Below, in pieces: positions 52,902 to 61,946 of a stretch of 64,000 nucleotides of DNA. The stretch is taken from positions 91,800-155,799 of the forward strand of contig CAVVKJ010000006.1 of assembly GCA_963748815.1 (NCBI GenBank), given 5' to 3'. The stretch is from an uncultured Gemmatimonadales bacterium (lineage in GTDB: Bacteria; Gemmatimonadota; Gemmatimonadetes; Gemmatimonadales; GWC2-71-9). Below the pieces are notes generated by a model, which was not told where the DNA came from, did not search any database, and saw only the letters and a list, made by a program, of their open reading frames with translations. Numbering within the stretch: the stretch's first letter is position 1; each line of letters begins with the position of its first letter. The translations under genes were made by a program, and so were the position numbers.

Positions 52902-53291
52902 ATGATCTACTGGATCGCGTTCGGCAGCGCTCTCGGCGGGGCCGCACGCTACTCACTCGGCGGGGTGGTGCAGCGGTGGACGCCGGGAGAATTCCCCCTC
53001 GGCACCCTCGCGGTCAACGTGCTGGGCTCGCTGGTCCTCGGATTCATCGTCCGCTACGCCCTCGAAACGCCGGCGGTGAGCGCGGAAGTACGGGCCTTCC
53101 TCACCATCGGGTTCTGCGGCGGCTTCACGACCTTTTCGACCTTCAGCTACGAGAGCGCCACGCTGCTCGAGCGCGGGGAGTGGACGCGCCTGGCGGTCTA
53201 TATGGGGCTAAGCCTCCTCCTGACGGTCGCAGGCGTCCTCGCCGGCGCGGCCCTGGCAGGACAGGCGCTCACCTTCAGGCGCACGATCTAG
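52902..53291 (+). CDS. crcB: Fluoride channel CrcB/FluC
   Basis: G...RY, GTL.VN, GFCGGFTTFSTF. Confidence 0.95.
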   Translation: MIYWIAFGSALGGAARYSLGGVVQRWTPGEFPLGTLAVNVLGSLVLGFIVRYALETPAVSAEVRAFLTIGFCGGFTTFSTFSYESATLLERGEWTRLAVYMGLSLLLTVAGVLAGAALAGQALTFRRTI

Positions 53292-53301
53292 GAGGGCGGC
53301 C

Positions 53302-53643
53302 ATGCACGGGCTGACGGGCGAAGGCACGCTGATGCGCATTCACATCGGTGAACGGGACAAGCACGAGGGGAGGCCGCTCCACGCCGCCATCGTCGAACTG
53401 CTCCGCGGCCGGGGCCTGGCCGGGGCGACGGTCACGCGGGCCATCATGGGGTTCGGCGCGACCGCCCGACTGCACACCGACTCGGTCCTCCGGCTGTCGC
53501 TCGACCTGCCCATCGTCATCGAGTGCGTGGACACAGAGGAGAAAATCCAGGGGGTGCTTCCAGACATCGACGCGATGATGGGCGGCGGGCTGATCACTCT
53601 GGAGCGTGTCCGGGTGATCGCCTACCGCGGGCACCAGCCGTGA
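53302..53643 (+). CDS. DUF190 (PII-like) protein
   Basis: RI.IGE.D, GATV.R.I.GFG, LS.DLP..IE.VD; typical crcB neighbour. Confidence 0.92.
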   Translation: MHGLTGEGTLMRIHIGERDKHEGRPLHAAIVELLRGRGLAGATVTRAIMGFGATARLHTDSVLRLSLDLPIVIECVDTEEKIQGVLPDIDAMMGGGLITLERVRVIAYRGHQP

Positions 53644-54110
53644 GCGGCAGCCCCCTGCTCGCCGCGGTCGCCGGTATCGCAAACGCCTGCGAGCCGCTCC
53701 CGGGTCTGGTGACCGGTGGGCAACCGAGCGACGCCCAGATCCGCGCCGCGCATGCCGCTGGCGCCGTCACCCTCCTCGACATCCGCGACCCGATGGAGCC
53801 GCGACCATTCGACGAGCCAGGGCTGGCTGCCTCGCTGGGGCTCCGCTATGTCAACATCTCCGTCTCGGGCGCGACGCTCGACGACGTCACGCTGGAGCGG
53901 ATTCTCGCGGTGCTGCGTGACGAGGGTGCGGCGCCAGTGTTCTTTCACTGCGGCAGCGGCAACCGGGTGGGCGGCGCACTGATTCCCTTTTTCATGAGGG
54001 ACCACGGCATGGAGGAGGACGACGCCATCGCACTGGCGATGCGCGTCGGATTGCGGGGTGCAGACCTGCTGCAGTGGGGACTGGACTACGCCTCTCGTCA
54101 CGCCAGGTAG
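53640..54110 (+). CDS. CX5R phosphatase/sulfurtransferase-like protein (DUF442-like)
   Basis: GGQP and HCGSGNR; GTG overlaps upstream stop. Confidence 0.8.
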   Translation: MSGSPLLAAVAGIANACEPLPGLVTGGQPSDAQIRAAHAAGAVTLLDIRDPMEPRPFDEPGLAASLGLRYVNISVSGATLDDVTLERILAVLRDEGAAPVFFHCGSGNRVGGALIPFFMRDHGMEEDDAIALAMRVGLRGADLLQWGLDYASRHAR

Positions 54111-54131
54111 CACGCCACACGGCTCAGTAGG

Positions 54132-54164
54132 AAAACGGGGCTCCGGCTGACGCCGGAGCCCCGT
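54132..54164 (-). terminator. Terminator between convergent genes
   Basis: ACGGGGCTCCGGC / GCCGGAGCCCCGT; T-tail on the minus strand. Confidence 0.8.
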
Positions 54165-54184
54165 CTGCGTTCGAGGGGGACCCT

Positions 54185-54706
54185 CTAGATCTTCCCTCCC
54201 GGCTTCCCGGTCTGCACCGGTGGACCGCCACCCCCGCCGGTTGGTGTCTTACCGACGTACATCCCGCCGCTGAAGCCAGATTCGGTCGTTGCGGCCGGCG
54301 GAGGTTGTGGCCGGGGACCTGACGACGATCCCTCCAGCCTTGCTTTCTCCGCCGCCATCGCCCGACCGGCAAGGTAGCCCTGGTTTCTCTGCAGGAATTC
54401 CTTTTCCTGGGCCTCCCGGACCGACCAGGCGACGAGAAGCTCGGCGTAGTCACCCATGACGAGCGAGCCGTCCGGATTCCGGTACAGGCAACGATAGCTC
54501 CACGAGCACGGGTTCATGCTCGGAACGACCCCGAGCCTGAACGCGGTGGCATTCGGCGGCGCCGGTGGAGGAGCATCCCAGACGAGCTGGACCGCAATTC
54601 CGGTCGCGAGCGCCGGCTCGGCATCGGGAAGGACCACCTGCTCCTCGACAGGGACGGTGTTCGGCGCCTGGATGAGTGCGAGGGCGAGCAGGAGGGGCGT
54701 CGGCAT
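54185..54706 (-). CDS. Secreted hypothetical protein
   Basis: GGAGG RBS; short signal peptide LLLALALIQA; own promoter and terminator. Confidence 0.7.
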   Translation of the reverse strand: MPTPLLLALALIQAPNTVPVEEQVVLPDAEPALATGIAVQLVWDAPPPAPPNATAFRLGVVPSMNPCSWSYRCLYRNPDGSLVMGDYAELLVAWSVREAQEKEFLQRNQGYLAGRAMAAEKARLEGSSSGPRPQPPPAATTESGFSGGMYVGKTPTGGGGGPPVQTGKPGGKI

Positions 54707-54731
54707 GCGGAACCTCCAGAAGTGATTGCAC

Positions 54732-54760
54732 AGTATGGGAGCCGGGACCGCCATCCGCAA
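54732..54760 (-). promoter_or_regulatory. Sigma70-type promoter
   Basis: TTGCGG-17-CATACT. Confidence 0.6.
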
Positions 54761-54769
54761 GCGCGAAAT

Positions 54770-54805
54770 AGGGTGGCCCCGGGGGTTGAACCCCGGGGCC
54801 ACCCT
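54770..54805 (-). terminator. Terminator after the DUF4384 gene
   Basis: 15-bp stem AGGGTGGCCCCGGGG / CCCCGGGGCCACCCT, then ATTT. Confidence 0.75.
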
Positions 54806-54811
54806 GATCCA

Positions 54812-56356
54812 CTACCTACCCCGCCGACCCCCACCCCCACCCGAGGGGGCTCCACCCCGACTGCCACCGCCGCCGCTGCCGCCGCCGCTCCGGGCACCGC
54901 CACCACTCGGGGCGCTGCCCCCTCCGCCTCGGGCCGCCGGCGGAGGGGTGGAGGGACGACCCTGGGGCTGGCTCGGCCGGGCACCACTGCCGCTCGGCTG
55001 TCGTGACGGGTTCGCAGACCCGCCTCGGGTCCCCGAGGTTCCGGCCGAACCGGCGCTGGAACGGCCACTCGATGGCGCGGTGGGAGAGAGTTGCGGACGT
55101 CCCGACACGTTCGGGCGTGCCTTACCATCAGCCGTCCAACCACGTGCCCGGGTGGTGTTGGCCGAGCCGCCAGTCGCCGACCGGGCCCGCGGCGCCGTAC
55201 CGGCCGATCCGGTGCTCGGGCGCCGGGCGCCGTTCGTGGCGGTGCCCACCGTCGGACCGGCGCCGCTGCCCGTTGCCGGCCTGCGCGCGGTGCCACCAGT
55301 CTTTCCACCGGAGGGCTGACCGACAGTCGATCCGGTGGGTCGATTGGCGGGACGGCGGCCGGCCTCGGCCTGGCCACTGATCGTCGCGGCGTCGCCCGTC
55401 AGGCGATCGGTCCCCGTCATCCCATACGTTGGCCGGTCGCGGTAGGTCGTCTGGAAGACCGAGGACCTCGGAGCGAACGCATCCCCACGTGGGCGATAGG
55501 GGTTTCCGACCGTCGTGACGGTCCCGCCCGGCTTGAAGGTGTAGGGGCGATAGCCAGGGTAGCCACCCGCACCGGGGTAGCCGGGGTAATAGCCGCCGCC
55601 GGGATAGCCATAACCAGGATAGCCGTAGCCAGGATAGCCATAGCCGGGATAGCCCCATCCGTACGCCGGATACCCCCACCCGTAACCAGGGTAGCCCCAC
55701 CCGTAACTAGGGTAGCCCCAGCCGTAGGCGGGGTAACCCCAGCCGTACGCCGGATAGCCGAACGAAATCCCGATGCCCCACCCACCGGTGTAGTAGGTCG
55801 GCCACGGCCAGCCGCTCACGCCGATGTAGGTACTGGTGCCTTCGGCCGCATATTCGGCGTAGGAATAGACGATGTACCGATCAACGGCGTAGTCGAAGCC
55901 CTGGTCGGTGAAGTGCAGGAGAAGATCGGTGAGTTGGCTCTCGGGATCGTCGGCGGCGTTGTACTGGTCGAAGACGGCGTAGTCCCAGTGATCGCCCCGC
56001 ACGAAATCGGCGTACTGGAACGGCGACTTGGACCACGCCGCGTACACCATTCCGCTGCCGCCCGCCTGATCGAGGTAGAACGAACCGCGATCGTCGCGGC
56101 CGACCACCTTGTACGTCTTGCCGCCCCGGATGAAGCTGTCGTCGCCCGGATCGAGCGGAAAGAGAACGCGGACGCGTCCGTTTTGATCGGTCTGGAGGAG
56201 GAGGACGTAGCCGTCAGCGTTGGCCCGGAACTGGACCTGCGCGTATTCGCCACGGTTGTACTGGCCGCCGCTGTTGAGTGATACGGTGATCGGTGGGGGC
56301 GGCCCCTCGGCGAGGGACGCCGCGACCGCGAGCGACGCGAGCAGTGTGGTGAACAT
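54812..56356 (-). CDS. Secreted DUF4384-domain protein with Gly/Tyr/Pro repeats and a basic low-complexity tail
   Basis: GGAGG RBS, signal peptide; Y..GE...V.F....DGYV......D..G.VRVLFP..P. Confidence 0.8.
   Translation of the reverse strand: MFTTLLASLAVAASLAEGPPPPITVSLNSGGQYNRGEYAQVQFRANADGYVLLLQTDQNGRVRVLFPLDPGDDSFIRGGKTYKVVGRDDRGSFYLDQAGGSGMVYAAWSKSPFQYADFVRGDHWDYAVFDQYNAADDPESQLTDLLLHFTDQGFDYAVDRYIVYSYAEYAAEGTSTYIGVSGWPWPTYYTGGWGIGISFGYPAYGWGYPAYGWGYPSYGWGYPGYGWGYPAYGWGYPGYGYPGYGYPGYGYPGGGYYPGYPGAGGYPGYRPYTFKPGGTVTTVGNPYRPRGDAFAPRSSVFQTTYRDRPTYGMTGTDRLTGDAATISGQAEAGRRPANRPTGSTVGQPSGGKTGGTARRPATGSGAGPTVGTATNGARRPSTGSAGTAPRARSATGGSANTTRARGWTADGKARPNVSGRPQLSPTAPSSGRSSAGSAGTSGTRGGSANPSRQPSGSGARPSQPQGRPSTPPPAARGGGGSAPSGGGARSGGGSGGGGSRGGAPSGGGGGRRGR
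55550..55759 (-). repeat. Coding repeats: 21-bp (GYPxYGW)x5 then 15-bp (GYPGY)x3
   Basis: Visible in translation and DNA, with synonymous variation between units. Confidence 0.9.
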
Positions 56357-56415
56357 GGTTCCTCCTGGCAGTTCCAACAGGGCGATGTGGCCCGCTTGCA
56401 ATCGCCCACAACAAC

Positions 56416-56461
56416 AGCGAGGGTCGTGCCAAGACTCAAGTCATTGTACAACAACGCTTTA
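56416..56461 (-). promoter_or_regulatory. Sigma54 (-24/-12) promoter with upstream IHF-like sites
   Basis: TTGGCACGACCCTCGCT (GG-N10-GC); CAAGTCATTG...CAACGCTTTA. Confidence 0.65.
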
Positions 56462-56505
56462 CGAATTTTGGTCGGACCGTGACCGTCCGCCAGCAGGGAC
56501 GACCC

Positions 56506-56940
56506 CTACCCTTCCCGTCCCCCCGCCCACCGGTGCCAATACATCCGAAGCTCGGAAATCTTGTCCCCGACCGTCTCACAGAACATCGCCCCCCTCGCTT
56601 CCACCCATTCTCCCGTCCGGCGACGGCGGAATGCCACCTTGTACTCGACCGAGAACCACGGCCCGACCGGGAAGATCTCCCCGCTCGAGAAGGTGATCTC
56701 GGCCTGGTGAACGGGGACGTCCCGCCAATACTGCAGGATCGCCTCACGGCCCTTCCTGGGCGCGCTGAAGGGAGTCTCGATGAAGACCGCGTCGTCGGTG
56801 AACACCGACATGAGAAGCGGTACGTCCCCCTTGGCCCAGCCCTTGCCGAAGGCATCGATCAGTATCCGACCAAGGGCGCCAGTATTGGCGGCCGCGCTTG
56901 CCGCCGGTGCGTCAGCGTCCGACATTGGGGTTGTCTCCAT
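56506..56940 (-). CDS. SnoaL/NTF2-like protein
   Basis: F..GW..GD......FTDDA.F.E.PF....GREAI..YW; C-terminal ISELRMYW. Confidence 0.85.
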   Translation of the reverse strand: METTPMSDADAPAASAAANTGALGRILIDAFGKGWAKGDVPLLMSVFTDDAVFIETPFSAPRKGREAILQYWRDVPVHQAEITFSSGEIFPVGPWFSVEYKVAFRRRRTGEWVEARGAMFCETVGDKISELRMYWHRWAGGREG

Positions 56941-59571
56941 GCGATCGAATCTATCACTCCTGTGCGGGGGCTGCACCCTCGTGGCGCTCGCGCTGGCCGT
57001 CGGCCCAGTGCCCGCTCTGGCACAGGAGTCCTGCCTCGCCGTCGCCACCGATCTGGCGGCCGGCTGGAGCGCGTACCGTAGCCGACTCGCTCCGGCTCGC
57101 CGAAGAACGGTTCGGCAGGGCGGCAAGCTGCGGCGCACCAGGGGCCGTGGTAGGGCTCGGATTCGTGGCCTTGCGGCAAGGCCGACTCACGGCGGCGGAT
57201 TCCCTCTTCGCCGCGGCTCTGGCGCGCAATCCGGAGCTGGTGGACGCGTGGGAAGGGACGGCGCGGGTCGCCTGGCGGCGTGGAGACCCTGAGGCGACCG
57301 CGCGCGCAGCGCAGCGCGCCCTCGTGCTCGCACCCGGGCGCGCCGACCTTCGGGCGCTGCTCAGCCAGGCATCTCCCGACTGGGACCGCCCACCACTCCC
57401 CCGACGGGACCGGCCTGCGCAACTCGAGCTTGTGTCGCGAACGGTGGGCACCGGGTTCGAGGTCCGCGACGCGATGGGGAGATGGGTGCCCTTCTACCTG
57501 CAGGGCGTGAATCTCGGCGTCGCCCTTCCCGGTCGATTCCCCTCCCAGTTCCCCACCGACTCAGCGCTCTACGCGGGGTGGCTCGACACCCTTTCGGCGA
57601 TGAACGCCAACGTCCTCCGGGTGTACACCATCCTGCCGCCGCCATTCTACCGGGCGCTTCGCGCCTGGAACCTCTCCCATCCCACGCGACCGCTCTGGCT
57701 GGTCCACGGTGTCTGGACCGAACTTCCTCCCGGAGATGACTTCGACGATCCGGAGTGGAAGGCCGCATTCCGGTCGGAGATGCGCCACGTCGTCGACCTG
57801 CTCCACGGCGCCGTGGAAATCCCCCCGCGTCCCGGCCACGCCTCGGGACGTTACGACGCCGATGTCTCCCGCTGGACGGCGGCCTACATCATCGGCCGAG
57901 AATGGGAGCCGTTTGCCGTGAAGGCATACGACGCGCTGCATCCTGGGCTGCGCACCTACCCGGGCCGGTACCTCGCGGCAAACGCGGCCCCGGCCATGGA
58001 CGTCTGGATGGCAGCCGAATGCGACTACCTCCTGGACTACGAGATGGAGCGCTGGAACGCGCTCCGGCCGATCGCGTACACCAACTGGCCGACGCTCGAC
58101 CCGCTCACGCATCCCACGGAGTCAGGCGCTGAGGAGGAGCGGGAGCTGCGACGCCGCGCCGGGCGACCGGTGCCCGGCAACAGGCTCGAGTACGAGAACG
58201 ACGCCATCGGACTCGACGCGAACCTCATTCGGGCGACCGGTCGGAATCCGGCAGGGTGGTTTGCCAGTTACCACGCCTATCCGTATTACCCCGACTTCAT
58301 GCTCTACGACCCCGGCTACCGGCAGGCGGCATCGAGCGAGGGGCCTTCCCCCTACTTCGGCTACCTGAGCGACCTCGGGCGGCACCACGCGACCATTCCC
58401 TTCGTGGTGTCAGAGTACGGGGTGCCCTCGAGCCGGGGAAACGCACACCTGCAGCCAGAAGGGTGGGACCATGGAGGGCACAGCGAGGTGGAGATGGCCG
58501 CCATCGACGCGCGGCTCACGCGAGAGATTCGCGAGAGCGGTGCCGCGGGCGCCATCATCTTCGCGTGGACGGATGAATGGTTCAAGAAGAACTGGATCGT
58601 GATGGATTTCGAGCTGCCAGGCGAGCGGAACCGGCTCTGGCTGAACGCGATGGACGCGGAGCAGCACTACGGCATCCTCGGCCAGTACCCGGGACCGGCG
58701 AACGGGCGGCCCGTGCTCGGCGGTGAGCCCGGTCCCTGGCGCCGACTGGAGTCCATCCAGTCCGGCGCCGGTCTCATTCGGTCGATCCGGACGGGCAGTG
58801 ACGAGGGGTACCTCTACATGGCGCTCGAAATCCCTGGCGGAACTTTCGACTGGGACACCGCCGGCATCATGCTGGCGATCGACACCTACCTCCCGGCCGC
58901 GGGACAGATGACGCTTCCCGGCGCGCTGCTCCGAAGCGACATCGGATTCGAATTCCTGCTGGACCTGCGGGGCCCGGCGGACGGAAGCCTCCGAATCCTG
59001 CCGTCCTACAATCCGTACGCCGGCCAAGCGGCCATCGTGGAGGGAGACGATTTCGGCAGCTTCTACCGGCGCCCCGCCACGATTGGTGTCGAGCAGGACG
59101 GCCGCTTCGACTCGATGTTCGTCATCACGAATCGCGCGCGATTCGGGCGGGACGGCACCTTTTACCCGGCGCTCGGCTACGACCGCGGCCGACTCGCGTA
59201 CGGCCCGGAGGCGGCGAACAGCCTCGCCGACTGGTATGCCGACACGGCCGCCGGGTTGATTGAGCTTCGCATCCCCTGGGGGCTCCTCAACGTGACCGAC
59301 CCCTCCAGCAGGACGGTGTTGCACGATGGAGGCGAACAGAGAAGCGGCGAGTTCGGCACCGCGGTCACCGATGGCTTCCGGTTCGGCGCAGTGATCTACC
59401 GCCGTGGCGATTCACCCCGACTCCTCTCGGCGCTGCCCGCCGCGGCGGGGAACCGCTGGTCAGCGGAGGGATTTTCGAACCTGGACCTGGTCGACGTGGG
59501 ATGAACCGGTGTCGCACAGCCGGCTCAAGCCGGTGTACGATTCACTCCGGGCCACCTGGACGGGCCAGTGA
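56939..59571 (+). CDS. Secreted TPR plus TIM-barrel glycoside hydrolase-like protein; frameshifts near 57080 and 59475; start uncertain
   Basis: GVNLG, N..RVYT, IGREWE, YHAYPYYP, VSEYGVP, FAWTDEWFK; corrected C-terminus WTWSTWDEP...RLKPVY. Confidence 0.75.
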
Positions 59572-61184
59572 CCAAGCACCGCAGACTACTTCAAGGCTCT
59601 GGAGCCGCCGTGACCCGCGTGATCTCGGGAATGCTGGTGATCGGAGGACTGCTGTCGCTGCCCGCTGTCGGGGCTGCCCAGGTGGTCGATGCCGACGCAG
59701 CGTGGAACCAGGGGCGCTACGGCGAGGCGCGGGAGGCCTATCTCCGTGCCCTGACACAGGACCCGGCGTCCGTCCGCTCCAGCTACCGACTCGGCGTGCT
59801 GGCGGCCTGGGACGGCAACCTCGATTCCGCGCTCACGTACCTCGCGCAGGCGCGCGCCGCCGATCCCGCCGATCCCGATGTGCGGGTCATGCAGGCGACC
59901 GTCCTCAGCTGGGCCGGGGACTACGCACAGTCGCTGGTGAAGTGGGACAGCGTCATCGCGCTCTATCCCAACCGGCTCGACGGACTCACTGGAAAGGCGC
60001 GGACGCTCTCCTGGGACGGCCGTGCAGCGGAGGCCGACTCCCTGTACCGGGACGTGCTCGAGCGGGACCCGACCAATGCCGACGCACTCAACGGGACGGC
60101 GCAACTGGCGTACTGGAGCGGCAAGGCGGCGGAGGCCATCGCCGGCTATCAGCGGGCACTTTCCTACCGGCCAGACGACGTGACGGCGCATCTCGGATTG
60201 TCCCAGGTGTACCGGTCGGTCGGACGGCAGCGGGACGCACTGGCCGAGGCGGACAGCGCCGTGGCGCTCGCCCCAACGAACAAGGAAGCGCTCCGGGTGC
60301 GTACGGATATCGTGCGTTCGGTGCAGGCGGCCGCGGACGTCACGCTGGGGTGGAGCGAGGACAGCGACCAAAACGAGATGTGGTGGCAGGTGGTCTCCGC
60401 CTCGACGCCTCTCGCGAACAGGGTGCGCGGCTTCGGCTCGGTGGGAGCCTACGAGGGGAGCAGCGCGCCCGACGTCACCGCCTCCCGGGGCGTTGCGGAG
60501 TTTGGCGCCCGGTATACCCAGGACAACTGGCAGCTCACCGGCGCCTTCGGCGTGCAGGGACTCTGGCCCGACTCGGGCCTCTCCCGCACTTCGCTGACGG
60601 GCCGGTTGGGTGCCTCCTACCGGATCCAGCCGGCCATCGGCATCGGCGTGAGCTACGCCCACTTCCCGTTTGCAGAAACGGCGTACCTGATCGGCGCAGG
60701 CATCGACATCGACGCGGCCGACGTGACGGTCGACGTCACCGCAGGCGACGGGCTGTCGCTCGGCACCGGTGGGGGAGCCGCCTGGTTCAGCGACGGCAAC
60801 GAGCGGACCTCCGTCGTGCTCGGCGCGACGAAAGAGCTGCCGCGCCACTTGTTCGTGGGTGGGCTGGTCCGGATGGTCTGGTTCCGGGAGACGGTGCCGA
60901 GCTACTTCTCTCCCGACCGCTTCGCGGTGGTGGAGGCGCGCGGCGGGTACGCCCGGACGGGAGTGGACTGGGAGACGCGGGTGAGCGCCGGCGCGGGAGT
61001 CCAGCAGATCGGCAACACCGGACCGTGGCAGTTCGAGGGCCACATCGAGGGACGTGCGGCGTGGTGGTTTTCCCAGCGCAATCGTCTCGAGGCGTTTGCG
61101 GGGGTGACCAACAGCGCCTACCTGTCGGCGACCGGCGCCTACCGGTGGGGAACGGCGGGACTGGTGATTCGACTCGGACTTTGA
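59568..61184 (+). CDS. TPR protein with C-terminal outer-membrane beta-barrel
   Basis: Signal peptide; TPRs with A..LSW motifs; alternating beta strands ending GLVIRLGL. Confidence 0.78.
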   Translation: MTKHRRLLQGSGAAVTRVISGMLVIGGLLSLPAVGAAQVVDADAAWNQGRYGEAREAYLRALTQDPASVRSSYRLGVLAAWDGNLDSALTYLAQARAADPADPDVRVMQATVLSWAGDYAQSLVKWDSVIALYPNRLDGLTGKARTLSWDGRAAEADSLYRDVLERDPTNADALNGTAQLAYWSGKAAEAIAGYQRALSYRPDDVTAHLGLSQVYRSVGRQRDALAEADSAVALAPTNKEALRVRTDIVRSVQAAADVTLGWSEDSDQNEMWWQVVSASTPLANRVRGFGSVGAYEGSSAPDVTASRGVAEFGARYTQDNWQLTGAFGVQGLWPDSGLSRTSLTGRLGASYRIQPAIGIGVSYAHFPFAETAYLIGAGIDIDAADVTVDVTAGDGLSLGTGGGAAWFSDGNERTSVVLGATKELPRHLFVGGLVRMVWFRETVPSYFSPDRFAVVEARGGYARTGVDWETRVSAGAGVQQIGNTGPWQFEGHIEGRAAWWFSQRNRLEAFAGVTNSAYLSATGAYRWGTAGLVIRLGL

Positions 61185-61196
61185 TCGCCTGCAGGT

Positions 61197-61946
61197 CTAG
61201 TCCACGTCGGTCGGACCGAATGGATGTTCGATGGACAGATAGACGAGCCACTGGTCTTCCTCGCGATTCGTGAGGTTGAGCGGCCGCGCGAGCCCAGGCA
61301 CGAGTTGCACCGCCCCGAAATTCACGGCCCAGCGCACGCCGGGGCTGATCACGTAGGTCGGCGCGTCTCCCGCGACGCCCAGATAGAGGCCCTCCACCAA
61401 GAAGTTCATCCAGGGCGTGGTGAGCCAGACGAGACTTCCTCCCACGTTGGCAACCGCCGGGCCCAACCCCACCGTCGCCCCCAGATTCCAGTGCGTGACC
61501 ACTGCCGAATTCAGCACCGCCGTCAGCGGGAGGTTGGCCTGCATCGCGAGCCCACCGGCCGCGCTGGTCCCCACGTCCGCGATGAGGGTGACGCGCGGCG
61601 ACACGATGAGCGCGGCGTTCGGGTGTCCGATCATCTGGCGTCGATAGTTGAGCGAGAGCGTTCCGTACTCCGCGCCGGCCCCGTTGTCGAAAATGGTTAG
61701 GCCGGCACTTACCTGGTCCCGGAGCCCGCCGGCAGGCCATTCGTCAGTCAGGTTGAATGCCCAGCGGGCGTCCTGTCCGCTCGTGAAGACGCCGATATGT
61801 TGCACGACACCGCGGTCCTGGTTGTAGGCTTCCTCGATGAGGAAGCTGTTGTCGCGAATTGGCGCGGGAGATTCCTGCGCAACCGCGATCTTCACCGCGC
61901 CGAGGCAGATCACGACGCCGAGCGGCGCCAGCCGCGTCAGAGCCAC
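61197..61946 (-). CDS. Putative outer-membrane beta-barrel channel
   Basis: Signal peptide; [18 protein letters not shown]-terminus; amphipathic strands; YLSIEHPF end. Confidence 0.72.
   Translation of the reverse strand: MALTRLAPLGVVICLGAVKIAVAQESPAPIRDNSFLIEEAYNQDRGVVQHIGVFTSGQDARWAFNLTDEWPAGGLRDQVSAGLTIFDNGAGAEYGTLSLNYRRQMIGHPNAALIVSPRVTLIADVGTSAAGGLAMQANLPLTAVLNSAVVTHWNLGATVGLGPAVANVGGSLVWLTTPWMNFLVEGLYLGVAGDAPTYVISPGVRWAVNFGAVQLVPGLARPLNLTNREEDQWLVYLSIEHPFGPTDVD

Noticed and set aside
55550..55759. 21-bp repeats as a CRISPR array or RiPP precursor cores
   Set aside because: Contiguous in-frame coding repeats with no spacers, and no modifying enzymes nearby
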